From Veleropilina oligotropha (Eukaryota), in NCBI GenBank assembly GCA_048128005.1, contig JBEUKZ010000064.1:310001-374000 (forward strand): a stretch of DNA of 64,000 bases, read 5' to 3'. Both the position numbers and the translations under genes were made by a program. A model generated the notes under the pieces. That model was not told where the DNA came from. It searched no databases and saw only the letters and a list, made by a program, of their open reading frames with translations. Positions 45,363-59,900 of the stretch are shown one piece after another. Position 1 is the stretch's first letter. Every line of letters starts with the position of its first letter.

Positions 45363-47265
45363 AACCGACATCTTTTGACAAATGAAATAATTCAGTGAAA
45401 TGTCGGGATAATCCATCATGTGTCCCGCCCTTAGTGTCCTCCCTTGTCTATATTATATAGTAACAATGAACTGAGCCAATCGTCAAACGGAAACAGACGA
45501 ACGATAAGCAACGTTACGGGCCCCTGTGGCCCGTGCCCCCGGCGTACCATTCACCTAAGGACCACCACCACAACTCTTTTATTTCTGGAGGAAACCCTGT
45601 TACATGACATATGGGATTGTCAAAATATGAAAGTGATAATAAGAATGCGTCCATTATAGCACAACCGAGTCGTATAACTATACATAGGTTGCAGATGACG
45701 TCACACAGTCCCATAATTATGTGCGCGGCGCCATTACACAAGGCAAGGAATAACACGAGGGATATAAGATTACAGTATAAATCGATTCAATTATGTGAAA
45801 ATAAATGATAAAGATAGAAATTCACGGAAGGGTTTAGACGGTATTTTCAATATATTAAATATATATTCGTCGTTTGGGTTCGATTTGGTTTAGTTCATAC
45901 AACAACAGCAGAGCCTTCGTCATTTAAATTAAATAACTGGTCCTATTTTGAGGCTATTAATTAAGCCTAGCCATAGCTAAAATTTCATTCTAATCTTACA
46001 ATTAGCCTTATAAATACCTTTTGTGTTCTTTATTCAACTGTCAACGGTAACAATAGCGTTGAACATCCATCGAATTGAAATAAAATCAGACCGCCATCAA
46101 AGGTTGATACATTGATTCATATTGTTTTAAAACGTAAAAGTATGCGCCTACGTTACATTTGATCGGAAATGTTGTCCATTGAAAAGTGAAAGCAATTTTC
46201 GCATTCCGAGTGTATTTCGGTATTTATATATTTAATATAAAATTCGATCTTATAATTTATTTCGTACATGCCTGGGGCTGTGCACTTAGCGACTTCTTGG
46301 GAACAAACACAATCGCGCAGTCATACAGCTGTGGATTTTCCAAACATGTGCGACACGTTAAGCTTAGTAGTATTTTTCAAAAAAACAAAATAAAAATAAA
46401 AGCTTTAATGTGTTACCATTGGAAGTGTAGGTATACAGCAAATTTTTTGTTTAATTTTATAAACTTTGAAAGACAGACATTAGATCAAGAACTATATTTT
46501 ATTGCGGAACGTTCAAATTGCGCAAGCTGGTTATTTCAGTCAAATGGTTTTGTAGCCTAGATGTGTTTACAAGAAACAATGGGTCTGCCGCACAAATAAA
46601 ATGTTACCTATTTATCAGCTTGGCAATGACATCCTGTGGTCTCAATTGGATTATCAACAAGACAATAACCATTGAAAATAACAATTAGCACTGCAGTGGG
46701 GTACTAAAGAAAGACGTGCGATGCATGCGCACTTTGTCTTTCAAGTCAGGGAAACATTCAATTAATCCGTAAAAAGACAAAAAGTACGTACTATAATAGG
46801 CTTACTAAATTTAGTAATATACATACTATAATTTATTGACAATTTATGTAATGATATGCATCAAATGTAGGAACTAATTAATTAAAGTCAGTAACAGTAG
46901 CTTATTACATGAATATTTACTTTATTCGCCGCATTTGTTTTTCTGCGGTTGCGATATCAAACGTAACAACTTCCCGTAAGAACAGCAACTCGTGAATATT
47001 CCAAAAAATAACTGAATGCTCCTTCACACGTATTTTATTGATTTCTAAAGATATTTTAGTATTGACCAGTATTCATTTGATTGACTGCTAAGAGTGTTTG
47101 CCTTCCGTGATGGCGGACGACTCGGTGATCACGTGGTTTTGGTCACGTGTCTGCAACCTATGTATAAGACTCGATGATATATACTGTTACTGTACATACA
47201 GGAATTCGAGGTCAAAAAGGGGGACAATTGTGCAACGAATTTCATCGAACTCTTCGTTTACTTAC

Positions 47266-47424
47266 CAAATATAGAGGTAAATACAATTTAAATGCATAAC
47301 TGTATGCAATCGGCGCTATATCAGTAGATGCTTTTACACATGACGGTGTCCAGGTATGTCCCATTTCATAACAAGAGTAGTTCAATGTTGTAAAGTACTT
47401 GCTAAGCTTACTGAGGGCCGCCAT
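47266..47424 (-). CDS. TMEM135: TMEM135-like gene, coding exon 1
   Basis: MAALSKLSKYFTTLNYSCYEMGHTWTPSC...FKLYLPLYL resembles the TMEM135 N-terminus (MAALSK...CYEIGHTW.PSC...KIYAPLYL, recalled from memory). Ends at a phase-0 donor TTG|GTAAGT. Confidence 0.9.
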
Positions 47425-47689
47425 TTTGTAAACAACAATTATTTTATCCAATCAAACCTCAGTATAAATTTAGTGCAGCGTTCAAAACACGTGTTGTTAG
47501 GTACTGTTTATCGGATGTTTATTGAGTATTATATAATGTGTCAAGATGACGAAATTACTATCAGAACAGTAGATAAATGTCCGTTATATTTGTCTGCATA
47601 AATAATAAATAAAATTTACGAGACCTCACAAAGTTGTCTTTACATCAAAATTTGCCCAATAGCATAAAGCAGGTAGATAAAGTGTAACA

Positions 47690-48177
47690 TCAACCGGAGG
47701 TAGAACAAAATCTTTATCAGTTTATGTGGGACCTATTTTTTAATGTTCCTTCTTATCTCGGGTAATAAAAATATGAATGTGGAAAATAAAAGTGTTGCGG
47801 ACCCGTTTCCATGGTAACCATCTCGACAATGTATATATATAGCCTACTTATACATGTCTGACAATTGAAGTAGCGTTTTACCATATTTTATACTTGATTC
47901 TGTGGATTTTGTCATGTGAAATGTAGTGAATATTTATTAAAAATATATATAAACGATGTGATATTAAATAAATTATTTCTGCATAGACCATAAATGGTTA
48001 TTGCATGGAGATTATAGGTTAGAAAATAAACTTTATTTTGGGATGGTTATCATGGAAACGGCTACTAGTATTTGGATGGGTTGACAACATTTTTTCCACA
48101 TCCATGATTTTTATTAATTAACTGAGACGTCATAAAACAATAAAATGGATGTCTAAGCTTGTTCTACCTCCGATTGA
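47690..48177. mobile_element. MITE with long imperfect inverted arms just upstream of TMEM135
   Basis: tcaaccggaggtagaacaa / ttgttctacctccgattga, plus internal ccgtttccatggtaaccatc / gatggttatcatggaaacgg. Confidence 0.75.
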
Positions 48178-48579
48178 GGTTCGAACCCAGAAACACCTCA
48201 ATTGCCACTGGGCTATATATTGAATATCATTTCTGAATGCGAATGCGTGAGTTTGATAAGAAATAACAACATAGTCCTCGCCTCGAAGCTACAACGGAGG
48301 TGCACCGGTTGCATATCGGTTAAGAGCGATGTGTGGTGCTCCGAGCACTTCTGAGTGGCCTTTGACTTGGATGCCTCTTGTGTGCCAGGAAGGTTTCCCA
48401 TTTGGCCTCAAGAGCTGGTTCCATCCTTGGACGGTACGCGTTGAACCAGACCTGGCTGGACAAATGCAATGTATATGGTACATTTAAGGACCTCTTCTTA
48501 CTGGTACCAGCGTTCGAGGATTCCATGAACTGGCGATATCCGAGATACGTATACTGTAACAAAAGGGGATTTGGGGCTA

Positions 48580-50780
48580 TTGTGATATCAAATGAAAGCT
48601 GGGATAATGCAGAATGAATTATGATAGAAAATTATTTACTCATGCATAAAAGATGTTATGTACTCCTATTTTATATACATAACTACACAAGCCGAAATAT
48701 TTTAGTCATTTCCGCATTACGATGAGAAAAAGTGGGGTAATATTGCTATTCAACCCCAGTTACGACAAGCAATAATCCATTAAATCTGCCATATGAACAG
48801 TTTATGAAAATTATAAGATGACACGATTTTCTTTGATGTATGCATTTTTGCTATAAACCATGAAGTATGGCAAAGGGGGCCCCAGTGGTCCAGAAAAATT
48901 ATGGGTCGGACGGTTGTATGTGTGTGTGTGTGGGGGGGGGGGGGGGGGGAGTTGCATATACCTGGTCCTTTTCCCTGCAAATCAATAATATATTAAAATA
49001 AAATATTAATGCAGTTCTAGTCTAATTTGCAACAGAAGCGGTTAGAAAAAGAAAAATTGTGGCATCTGGCGGGGGTATCTGTGAGATACAGTATCAAATA
49101 TGATTTTGGAGCTATGGAAACGTTTCTGGTATCAAATGAAAGCTGGGATAATGTAGAATGCAAGAAACCTATTTATTCATTCATATAAGGCGTTATGTAG
49201 TCTTATTTTTGTATATATCTATATATATATATATATATAACTTGTACAAGCTGAAATATTGTAGTCGCTTCCACATTACAATGAAAAAAGTAGGGTTCCG
49301 CTTTTCAACCCCAATCCAGAAAAACATGGGATCGGGGGGGGGGGGTTGTATGTGGAGGGGTGCACTTACACCATACCTGGTCCTTTCCCTACAAAATCAA
49401 TAATATATTTAATATTAATAAGATATATGTGCAGTTCTAATATAGTTTGCAACAGAAGCGGTTAGGTAAATGAAAATTGTGGCATCAGGTGTCCATTTTT
49501 GATGAACCGGCGGTATCTTTGAGATGCTGTATCAAATAGTATTTGGGAGCTATGGAGATGTTTCTGGTATCAAAGGAAAGCTTGGATAATGTAGAATGCT
49601 AGAAAACTATTTATTCGTGTATATTGAGTGTTATGTACTATTATTATATATATATAACTTGTAAAAGCTGAAATATTTTGGTCCATTCCGCTAAGATGAA
49701 AAAGCGGGTGGGGGTACTGCCATTCAACCCCCGTTTTGACAACCAATAATCGATTAATTGGGCAATGTGAATATTTTATGATGGTCAGTGGTTGACCAGT
49801 TTTCTCTTGATGCATACAGTTTTGCTATGGAGCAATATTAACCACTTTAGAAACTGAAAAGAACAAGAGTGTTGAATATGACGCGACAGCGACGCAAAAA
49901 TCGATGTTTTGAAGGTACCATAAAATATAGCTCCCAAATGGATAGTTCATCCCAGTTTATTCACTGTTACCAGCTGATTTCCACCCCAGGGGACCCTAAT
50001 GGTCTAGAAAAATACGGGGTCGGGGGGTTGTGGGGGGGGGGGGGCAGATAAACCATACCTGGCCCATGGCCTACAATGCAAACATGATATTTCTTACCAA
50101 CATTTATGAACCACCTTCACTATAAAGTATGAGACAATCTTTCGTTTTATTTGCACAATCAACCACATACATATCAGATTTTAAGAGTTAGGGGTCCAGA
50201 CCACTTGGTTGAAGAATTTTTGACAATTAACGATGTGAAACCGCCTCTCCTGCATTACTGCAATGCAAACGCGATATTTCTTACAAACATTTATGAACCA
50301 CCTTCACTCAAATGTATGAGGCAATTGTTCGATTTTACCACAATCAAACATGCATTTCTGATTTTTAAAAGGGGTCTGGATCACCTGCCCCTCCCCCAGG
50401 AAAATTGCCTATTAACGGAGTCAAACCCCATCTCCTGCATTCTGACAGTACGATCGCGATATTTCTTATGAACATTTATGAACCATTTTCCCTCAAATGC
50501 GTGAGTAAAATTCGTTTTTTCACAATCAAACACATGGAAGTCTGAGCTCTAAAAGGGGTCCCGACCACATGCTCCCCCCCAGAAAATATTAATAATTTAT
50601 AGTGTGAAACCCCCTCTTTTGCATTCTGATACTCATAGTTCAAACGCGCTATTTCATATCAACATTTAGAAACCATTTTCACTAAAACGTATCAGTACAT
50701 ATTTCGTTTTTTTAACAATCAATTTCTGATTTTCAAAAGTTAGGGATCCAGACCACTTGGTCAAAGAACATCTTGACAAT
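48580..50780. repeat. Degenerate sub-repeat region (~450-550 bp and ~185 bp units), probably TE-derived
   Basis: atcaaatgaaagctgggataatg.agaatg recurs near 48586, 49131 and 49569. gatatttctta..aacatttatgaacca recurs about 4 times in 50085-50680. Confidence 0.6.
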
Positions 50781-51539
50781 TACAATCACATTTATTTTTG
50801 ATTTCCAAATGCCAAATGGCTGGTTGGTAGGCAACATTGCCCCTCGTTGAGGAAACTTTGAAAAGTATTGTGACTGGTCAATTATTATAGGGGGGGGGGT
50901 GGACAGGTGGAAATGAGGGGGGTCATGAAAAAAGACAGGCTTTAGGGGTGGGTAATGAAATAAAAACAGTGTTTAGTGGTGGGTCATGAAAAAATTACAC
51001 AACATTTTGAATACACAGAATGCAGGAGACGATGTTTTACACCGTTAATTGTCAAAATTTTCTCTGCGGAATATTGATCACAGGTTGGGAAAGTTTGACC
51101 CTTGTACCCCTTTTCAAAATGACACTGGCTTTATGGCTGGGTCATGATACAAAAGTGTTGTGCAATATTTTGGTGAAAATGATTCATAAAGATTGTCAAA
51201 AATTACATGTTTGGGTTGAACTCTTAGAATGCAGGAGTTGAGGTTTCACTAGGGGTGCATGGGTCATGAAAATAATGTGTAAATTACAAAACTTGTGATA
51301 TTCATATTGTTGATAGTGATTTGTAAATGTTGGTAGTAAGAAATATCACGTTTCACTCTCAAAATGCAGGAGAAGGAGTTTCACACAGCTAATTGTCCAA
51401 ATTTTCCTCTGCATGGGAGGAAGAGGGCACGCGCGGACAGTTCATAACAAATTATAACAGTTGGATCCTACCCCCTTTCAAAATGATAAGGCTTTAGGAG
51501 CGGGTCATGAAATAATTTGCAGAATGTTCGACCTCTTCA

Positions 51540-51760
51540 ACAGGTCCCTACGCCATGAAGAGGCTGTCTTGGCCAGACTGCGGATTGTACATTTGTACTA
51601 CTCTCAGTCTTGCTTTCTTAAAGGGGAGCCACCCCCTGAGTGTATTCTTTGTGCTTCAAACCGAACAGTCACACATATTATTGGAATGCGTTGATTTAGG
51701 CACAATACGTCAAAAACATTTTAGAGCATTATCACTTCAAGAACTATACGTTGACTGTTA
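51540..51760 (+). pseudogene. Non-LTR retrotransposon (I/Nimb/Ingi-like) ORF2 C-terminal fragment
   Basis: RHEEAVLARLRIVH...KGEPPPECILC...TVTHI/LLEC, a CCHC-type end, frameshifted. Confidence 0.75.
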
Positions 51761-51783
51761 GCTCAGTAGCCCAAAGAGTACAC

Positions 51784-52140
51784 TCAGGTGGCGGCTCCCT
51801 TTAAGCAAGTATAATGAGAATGCCCAATCCTCGGTCTGGCCAAGACGACTTCTTCACGGCGCAGGGACCTGTAAGGGGGGCCCCACTCATCAAGATCCTG
51901 GATATTCTGCAGTTTATATCCCATGCGATCATCCCAACAACATTGCCATGTGGTTTGAATGTATTTATTTATATTGTACTTAAAATTTGAATACGGAATT
52001 TTGAAATTCTTAATACGGTGGTTAATTTTTAAAGCTGACTTTGCTGCTTTATCAGTCTTTTCATTGCCAATATGGCTCGGTATCCAGCTTAAAATGATGT
52101 CATTTTTTAAGAGATTAATGTATTTGAGCAATAAATATTG
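51784..52140 (-). pseudogene. Non-LTR retrotransposon RNase H fragment
   Basis: LSWIPSHIGNEKTDKAAKSAL...WQ..WD...KL...RREEVVLARPRIGHS. Confidence 0.8.
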
Positions 52141-52567
52141 TATAAATATACGTTTGTTCAACCCTCTCAAAATGCAGGACAGAGTTTCACACAGTTTCCT
52201 GTTGCACGGACAGTTAAGAATGTATTGTAAAAGTTGGACCCCCTTTCAAACTTCAGAATCCCTCCACCCCTGGGGGTGGGTCATGAAAAAAAGACACAAT
52301 CATGGTCTGGGAGTGGGTCATGAAAAAGACACACGGTCCGGGGTGGTCATCGTTTTCATTTTTTGACACAATCAGTAGATCATTTTTTGCGACAATAAAA
52401 TATTTAAATAAAAAAACGCACGCTTTACGTAAGTTGACCATGAATGATAAAAGTATTACCATATCATGAGTAACTTCAGCCGTTTCACAGTGGAGTGTGC
52501 TCTGGACTCTACTCTTTATAATGTACATAAAATGCTTTTAATCACTATGAGATAAATAACCATCGAA

Positions 52568-53000
52568 TGATGCAACTCTTTGCTGAGGATGAAAGTGTGG
52601 TCATTCGTATAGACAAGAATGAATCACAGGAGAGATACACCAAATGGCTAATGGAGTTTAATCCTCTTAAGTATCACAAGTCTTCCGCACCACAATTGAC
52701 GCAATATCCTCTATAGCCTACATGGATAATCCATTTGACGGCGAAATATCTTGGTGTAGGCATATACATCGTTTCAAGCTGAATATTACAAAACCAAGTC
52801 GATGCCATTACGATGAAGGCGAATTTTACTTGAATCGAATCCGCAAAAATGAAGACCAAAACCTTCAGACACACTTTCTGAGACGTTCGGACACAGAAGA
52901 ATACCAAGAAATTGGAACAGGGCAAATAAGTTGGACTCGATACGTTGTGTGTGATTACGATCGTATGCACCATGTTAACATTTCAGTGGACAACACGTGA
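52568..53000 (+). pseudogene. Degraded CR1-like LINE RT C-terminal fragment
   Basis: LFAED...KWLMEFNPLK...AKYLGV...ITMKAN...KKLEQ...RYVVCDYDR across stops and frameshifts. Confidence 0.65.
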
Positions 53001-53028
53001 GTTCCACCGAAAGCTGAACTGCATTACT

Positions 53029-53350
53029 ATGATGTAAATGGTCTGAAATAACTCAGTCGTCACATGATGTAAATGGTCTGAAATAACTCAGTCGTCACAT
53101 GATGTAAATGGTCTGAAATAACTCAGTCGTCACGTGATGTAAATGTTCCGAAATAACTCAGTCATCACGTGATGTAAATGGTCTGAAATAACTCAGTCGT
53201 CACATGATGTAAATGGTCTGAAATAACTCAGTCGTCACATGATGGAAACGGTCTGAAATAACTCGGTCGTCACATGACGTAAATGGTCTGAAATAACTCA
53301 GTCGTCACATGATGTAAATGGTCTGAAATAACTCAGTCGTCACATGAGGT
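53029..53350. repeat. Tandem repeat, 35-bp unit, ~9 copies
   Basis: atgatgtaaatggtctgaaataactcagtcgtcac. Confidence 0.95.
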
Positions 53351-56300
53351 ACACATTCTAACAATTAATTTCATTTTACCATTAGACGACAAAGTGCCAA
53401 TATGAGATTGGAACAACTTTGTCGATCCAAAGTACATTTCCTAACCTGACACGTTCAAAGCGCTATACTGACGAACGGAACTATACTCCTGTCTTTGTCA
53501 TAATAATAATAATGACTTTATTTTGAGAGGGAGAACAGTTAGTTACAAAACCAATCTTCCCTGAGTCCCTCTATTACACTATTAATATTAAAACAAATAT
53601 AACAGTACACTATATACTATATATATACTATTCTATGTTATATCAATACAGGTGCTCATATCTGCATGACCAGCTTCATGTCTGCGCTGTGTTGTGGTCC
53701 TCGTGGCTGCCCAATGTTGCCAGAAGAAGGGTAAGAGTTCGTCAACATGCCCATAACACAGCCTGCATGGCATGACAGCGGCCTACATTATTGAAAAGGA
53801 TTAAAACACTACAATAGTAAATTACTTGAGCAGAAATATCAAACAGTGTAAAGAATACATTTTTTCCTGGATCTTGGTTTTATTACCAAGATTGCTGTGT
53901 AGAAATATAATTAAACCCTTGCAACAGAAAAGTTTCAGTTGGTAAGCTAAAGAACCCTTAGAAAATTCTCTTTTTAGGTGAAATGTCTTAAAATACCTGC
54001 ATGCAGTGTCCAGTTATTGTGATGTTTGGCACCTAACAGTCCATACCAATAAGTTTCACACTATTGCGGGTTTGTTCATCACAAAGTAGTTATTTTTTTC
54101 ATATATATATACATTGAAAGTGCCACGTATAGCACTGAAAGCTTGAAGACTACCCCACCTCCTTGGGGAATCACCAGAATAATGTCTTTGGAATTTCTTG
54201 CAAGTGGCTAATATATATTCTCGGGTTGGGCTTTGTTGATGATTGATTTGTAAATCAACATGGCAATTTTATATTGTCTTACGATACATATTTATTAATA
54301 TTTATATTTTGTTTACTTATATATACGTATCCACTTTTCCTTATGGTATGTTCAAACAGATACTCATGCGTGCCGATTTGATAATTTCATTACCCATTTG
54401 TGTGTGACATATCTCTTTTACTTCCTTCATCAATAATTACAACATGACGTTGGTTTCATTGGTTGGGTCTGATAACGTTACACCAACATGATGCGTGCAT
54501 GCTTCATCATACTCATGCAACAATCAGCGTGACTTATCGTAAAGCGATGCTGAAAGCGGATATAATTCATTCATGACAACGCTAAACGGGCCATTACTAT
54601 TCCTTTGTCGTTACGCGTGGGGAGAGTCGTAACGAAGCATTTGATTGGACAATGGTATATTTAAAATTAAAAATTAAAATTGCGTGTTGATGATGCCATA
54701 ACAAACATGTCTATAGTTTGTATTCGAATGGATAAAGCAACAAACCGCACTATAGCCTACAATTGCCGAAGTAAAATCATTTGCTCACAATATTCGCAAC
54801 CAAATTGCTTCTCCATTCACATTACAAACAATATATTGTATCTCAGTCTACATTCTCTTATTTATTATGCGAGGGAAAATCACGTTGAACGAACATATTA
54901 CCCTATGTTATCGCCAGATCAGCGATACGAATCAGCTTTAAAGTTGACCGGTCTTTGAATAGGTGATCATACTGGACACTGACTGTGTGCTGTAGATAAA
55001 ACGTCCTGATCGGAGAGACGGTAAAACTGGGGGGTCCTGATTGCGATTTGGTAAAGCGGTCGCATATCATGCAATACAAGCTCCAATCTGCATTATGTTG
55101 AGCGATATAATATTTCCTAGATACTGAATGCCTTGATCTGATCCGTATTATCTTGGCTGTTCTCCATTGTTCGATAATATTAACTATTATCCGTCTTCAA
55201 ACAGTCATTAATATATTCATGTTACCGCTTTCTATTTATCTACGCTCTTCTTTGTCATTAAAGCACATTTGATGCATACCCAGGTGTAACTCTAAAGATA
55301 GTTTAGAATACCGCTTTCATTTAAAAAATCTCCTTGGTTTCGGTATCACATTTTGAAGGAATAGTGATTGTTCGCGAGTTAATCTATGCCTCTGTTGCGC
55401 ATAGTCTGTTTTTATTTAAAATTCAACGCTTTTTGTACAATTAAGACGAACACCATCATTGTAATACCTTAATCAAACTCCAATGCATGTATCACCATAC
55501 ACCGGCCATTCTCCATATCAAATTTAAAACCACGTTTTGTGGTGCCATGCAACCTTATGCAACAATAACTTTCCTGATTTATACGGAATTCGCAATAAGT
55601 GCCAAGCTTCAACAGTTTGTGTGTATTTTTGTTATTTATTCCCATATTGTTGCGCGCTCAGCACATTATCATTGTATTATTAATTATGCGCATAGGCTTA
55701 AACAACATTGTCAGTACATCATACTATTGAACGGACCATAGACGAAAAACGAGTTCAAACAATCTAGCAAACTGTTCACGTATGTAAATTGGACACACAC
55801 TTTATTTATCACAAACAAGATGGTTCGTATATTGTTCAAAAATGCCTTTTCATACCTCGCAGTATCAACGCGGCGCGATTAACAGTTTCCAAACGTATCA
55901 CCAGCAGTTTATGCTTCTTGTCATTGGTGCTTCAACTTTTCAACTAAGTGATCAGTCATATCGCAGGTGGGACCCCGGTTTAACCTCTCCATCCGTGCAG
56001 GTGGTTTTCATACGGTACAATACATGGACAATTGTCAGCATGATAATGAGAAAACCAGAAGACGTCAAATGTGATTTAGATGAAAATTGCAGTGTTTCCC
56101 ACTTATTTCTTATTCTTGTGTAAATACATAATTGAATTGCGCTACTGGATTGTCGATTAAGATAATCCATTTTGCAAATTTATTACAATATTGATCTTTT
56201 TATTAGATTAATATATTAGACGGGTGAATATCTTCAAACTGTGTCTACCAAGCATGGTATATGAAGGTTTTGACCTTTATCGCAATTCATGTATAATAAA

Positions 56301-56932
56301 CATCAGACCCACAAACATGTCATATTTTCTGCGTACGTTTTTATGGTTCACCGGTTGGTAAGTGGATTGCGATAATAAGGGTTTTCCTGCTTGGTGCTAC
56401 TTGTCACTCGAGTTAATGGGATCAATTTTGACAAGGCTAGCGGAAATAATTCAATATTCAACAAATATAGCGCAAGAATATGATTTATGGGGCCTAGGCC
56501 TATCTATCTCACACGCAATGGGGATATTGAATTTCATTGAGAAGCCTTATGTAATGTAATATCATGAGTGTGATTCAAATGATCCAGTTTATAGTCATCC
56601 AATTATATTCATCAGTTTGGTAATTATATTCTTCTGAACACAAGACATAATGTTACACAAGGAGAGATCGTCAGAGCCACCACCTAGCGGTCGTATATAA
56701 CAAAATCAGGCAGAACGCATTTCGACCGTGGTAGACGAAGAACGTGAATTGCATAATCATTTGTATTGCAATGCTTTTATGACACCTTAAAGAAATCTGA
56801 ATGGTTGACAAGCAAGAGAATATCTACTCTCAACTTCCAATTTAAACATATGTTGCATCAACTTAAAGGCCTCACTGATTGTGTAATTAATAAGGGTGTG
56901 GCTCCCGATTCACTCTCATGATTGCTCCGGTC

Positions 56933-59900
56933 ACCAGAGATGGGTCATCATCAGAGGTGGATTATCATCAGAGGTGGATCATCATCAGAGGTGGGTTATC
57001 ATCAGAGGTGGGTTATCATCAGAGGTGGGTTATCATCAGAGGTGGGTTATCATCAGAGGTGGGTTATCATCAGAGGTGGGTTATCATCAGAGGTGGGTTA
57101 TCATCAGGGGTAGGTCATCATCAGGGGTGGGTCATCATCAGAGGTGGGTCATCATCAGAGGTGGGTTATCTTCAGAGGTGGGTTATCATCAGAGGTGGGT
57201 CATCATCAGAGGTGGGTCATCATCAGAGGTGGGTCATCATCAGAGGTGGGTCGTCATCAGAGGTGGGTCATCATCAGAGGTGGGTCATCATCAGAGGTGG
57301 GTCATCATCAGAGGTGGGTCATCATCAGAGGTGCGTCATCATCAGAGGTGGGTCATCATCAGAGGTGCGTCGTCATCAGAGGTGGGTCATCATCAGAGGT
57401 GGGTCATCATCAGAGGTGGGTTATCATCAGAGGTGGGTTATCATCAGAGGTGGGTCATCATCAGAGGTGGGTCATCATCAGAGGTGGGTCATCATCAGAG
57501 GTGGGTTATCGTCAGAGGTGGGTTATCATCAGAGGTGGGTCATCATCAGAGGTGGGTCATCATCAGAGGTGGGTCATCATCCGAGGTGGGTCATCATCAG
57601 AGGTGGGTCATCATCAGAGGTGGGTCATCATCAGAGGTGGGATATCATCAGAGGTGGGTCATCATCAGAGGTGGGTTATCATCAGAGGTGGGTTGTCATC
57701 AGAGGTGGGTCATCATCAGAGGTGGGTCATCATCAGAGGTGGGTTATCGTCAGAGGTGGGTTATCATCAGAGGTGGGTTATCATAAGAGGTGGGTCATCA
57801 TCAGAGGTGGGTTATCATCAGAGATGGGTTATCGTCAGAGGTGGGTCATCATCAGAGGTGGGTCATCATCAGAGGTGGGTTATCATCAGGGGTGGGTTAT
57901 CATCAGAGGTGAGTCATCATCAGAGGTGGGTTATCATCAGAGGTGGGTCATCATCAGAGGTGGGTCATCATCAGAGGTGGGTTATCATCAGAGGTGGGTC
58001 ATCATCAGAGGTGGGTCATCATCAGAGGTGGGTCATCATCAGAGGTGGGTTATCATCAGAGGTGGGTCATCATCAGAGGTGGGTCATCATCAGGGGTGGG
58101 TCATCATCAGAGGTGGGTCATCATCAGAGGTGGGTCATCATCAGAGGTGGGTCATCATCAGAGGTGGGTCATCATCAGAGGTGGGTCATCATCAGAGGTG
58201 GGTATTCATCAGAGGTGGGTCATCATCAGAGGTGGGTTATCAACAGAGGTGGGTTATCATCAGAGGTGGGTCATCATCAGAGGTGGGTCATCATCAGAGG
58301 TGGGTCATCATCAGAGGTGGGTTATCAACAGAGGTGGGTTATCATCAGAGGTGGGTTATCATCAGAGGTGGGTTATCATCAGAGGTGGGTCATCATCAGA
58401 GGTCGGTCATCATCAGAGGTGGGTCATCATCAGAGGTGCGTCATCATCAAAGGTGGGTCATCATCAGAGGTGGGTCATCATCAGAGGTGGGTTATCATCA
58501 GAGGTGGGTCATCATCAGAGGTGGGTTATCATCAGAGATGGGTTATCATCAGAGGTGGGTCATCATCAGAGGTGGGTCATCATCAGAGGTGGGTCATCAT
58601 CAGAGGTGGGTTATCATCAGAGGTGGGTCATCATCAGAGGTGGGTCATCATCAGAGGTGGCTCATCATCAGAGGTGGGTCATCATCAGAGGTGGGTCATC
58701 ATCAGAGGTGGGTCATCATCAGAGGTGCGTCATCATCAGAGGTGGGTCATCATCAGAGGTGGGTCATCATCAGAGGTGGGTTATCATCAGAGGTGGGTCA
58801 TCATCAGAGGTGGGTCATCATCAGAGGTGGGTCATCATCAGAGGTGGGTCATCATCAGAGGTGGGTCATCATCAGAGGTGGGTCATCATCAGAGGTGGGT
58901 TGTCATCAGAGGTGGGTTATCTTCAGAGGTGGGTTATCATCAGAGGTGGGTTATCATCAGAGGTGGGTCATCATCAGAGGTGGGTCATCATCAGAGGTCG
59001 GTCGTCATCAGAGGTGGGTCATCATCAGAGGTGGGTCATCATCAGAGGTGGGTCATCATCAGAGGTGGGTCATCATCAGAGGTGCGTCATCATCAGAGGT
59101 GGGTCATCATCAGAGGTGGGTCATCATCAGAGGTGCGTCATCATCAGAGGTGGGTCATCATCAGAGGTGGGTTATCATCAGAGGTGGGTCATCATCAGAG
59201 GTGGGTCATCATCAGAGGTGGGTCATCATCAGAGGTGGGTCATCATTAGAGGTGGGTCATCATCAGAGGTGGGTCATCATCAGAGGTGGGTCATCATCAG
59301 AGGTGGGTCATCATCAGAGGTGGGTCATCATCAGAGGTGGGTTATCATCAGAGGTGGGTCATCATCAGAGGTGGGTTATCACCAGAGGTGGGTCATCATC
59401 AGAGGTGGGTCATCAGAGGTGGGTTATCATCAGAGGTGGGTTATCATCAGAGGTGGGTTATCATCAGAGGTGGGTCGTCATCCGAGGTGGGTCATCATCA
59501 GAGGTGGGTCATCATCAGAGGTGGGTCATCATCAGAGGTGGGTCATCATCAGAGGTGGGTTATCATCAGCGGTGGGTCATCATCAGGGGTGGGTCATCAT
59601 CAGAGGTGGGTCATCATCAGAGGTGGGTCATCATCAGAGGTGGGTCATCATCAGAGGTGGGTTATCATCAGAGGTGGGTTATCATCAGAGGTGGGTCATC
59701 ATCAGAGGTGGGTCATCATCAGAGGTGGGTCATCATCAGAGGTGGGTCATCATCAGAGGTGGGTTATCATCAGAGGTGGGTTATCATCAGAGGTGGATCA
59801 TCATCAGAGGTGGGTCATCATCAGAGGTGGGTTATCTTCAGAGGTGGGTTATCATCAGAGGTGGGTCATCATCAGAGGTGGATCATCACCAGAGGTGGGT

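Larger units (their letters stand above)
44094..47162. mobile_element. ~3.1-kb non-autonomous DNA transposon with long TIRs, TA-flanked, with nested insertions
   Basis: cataggttgcagacac.tgaccaaaaccacgtgatc...tcgtccgccatcac vs gtgatggcggacga...gatcacgtggttttggtca.gtgtctgcaacctatg. No transposase ORF seen. Confidence 0.8.

Noticed and set aside
48213..48617. Short ORFs upstream of TMEM135 as a divergent gene
   Set aside because: No recognisable homology or convincing splice signals. Probably repeat-derived.
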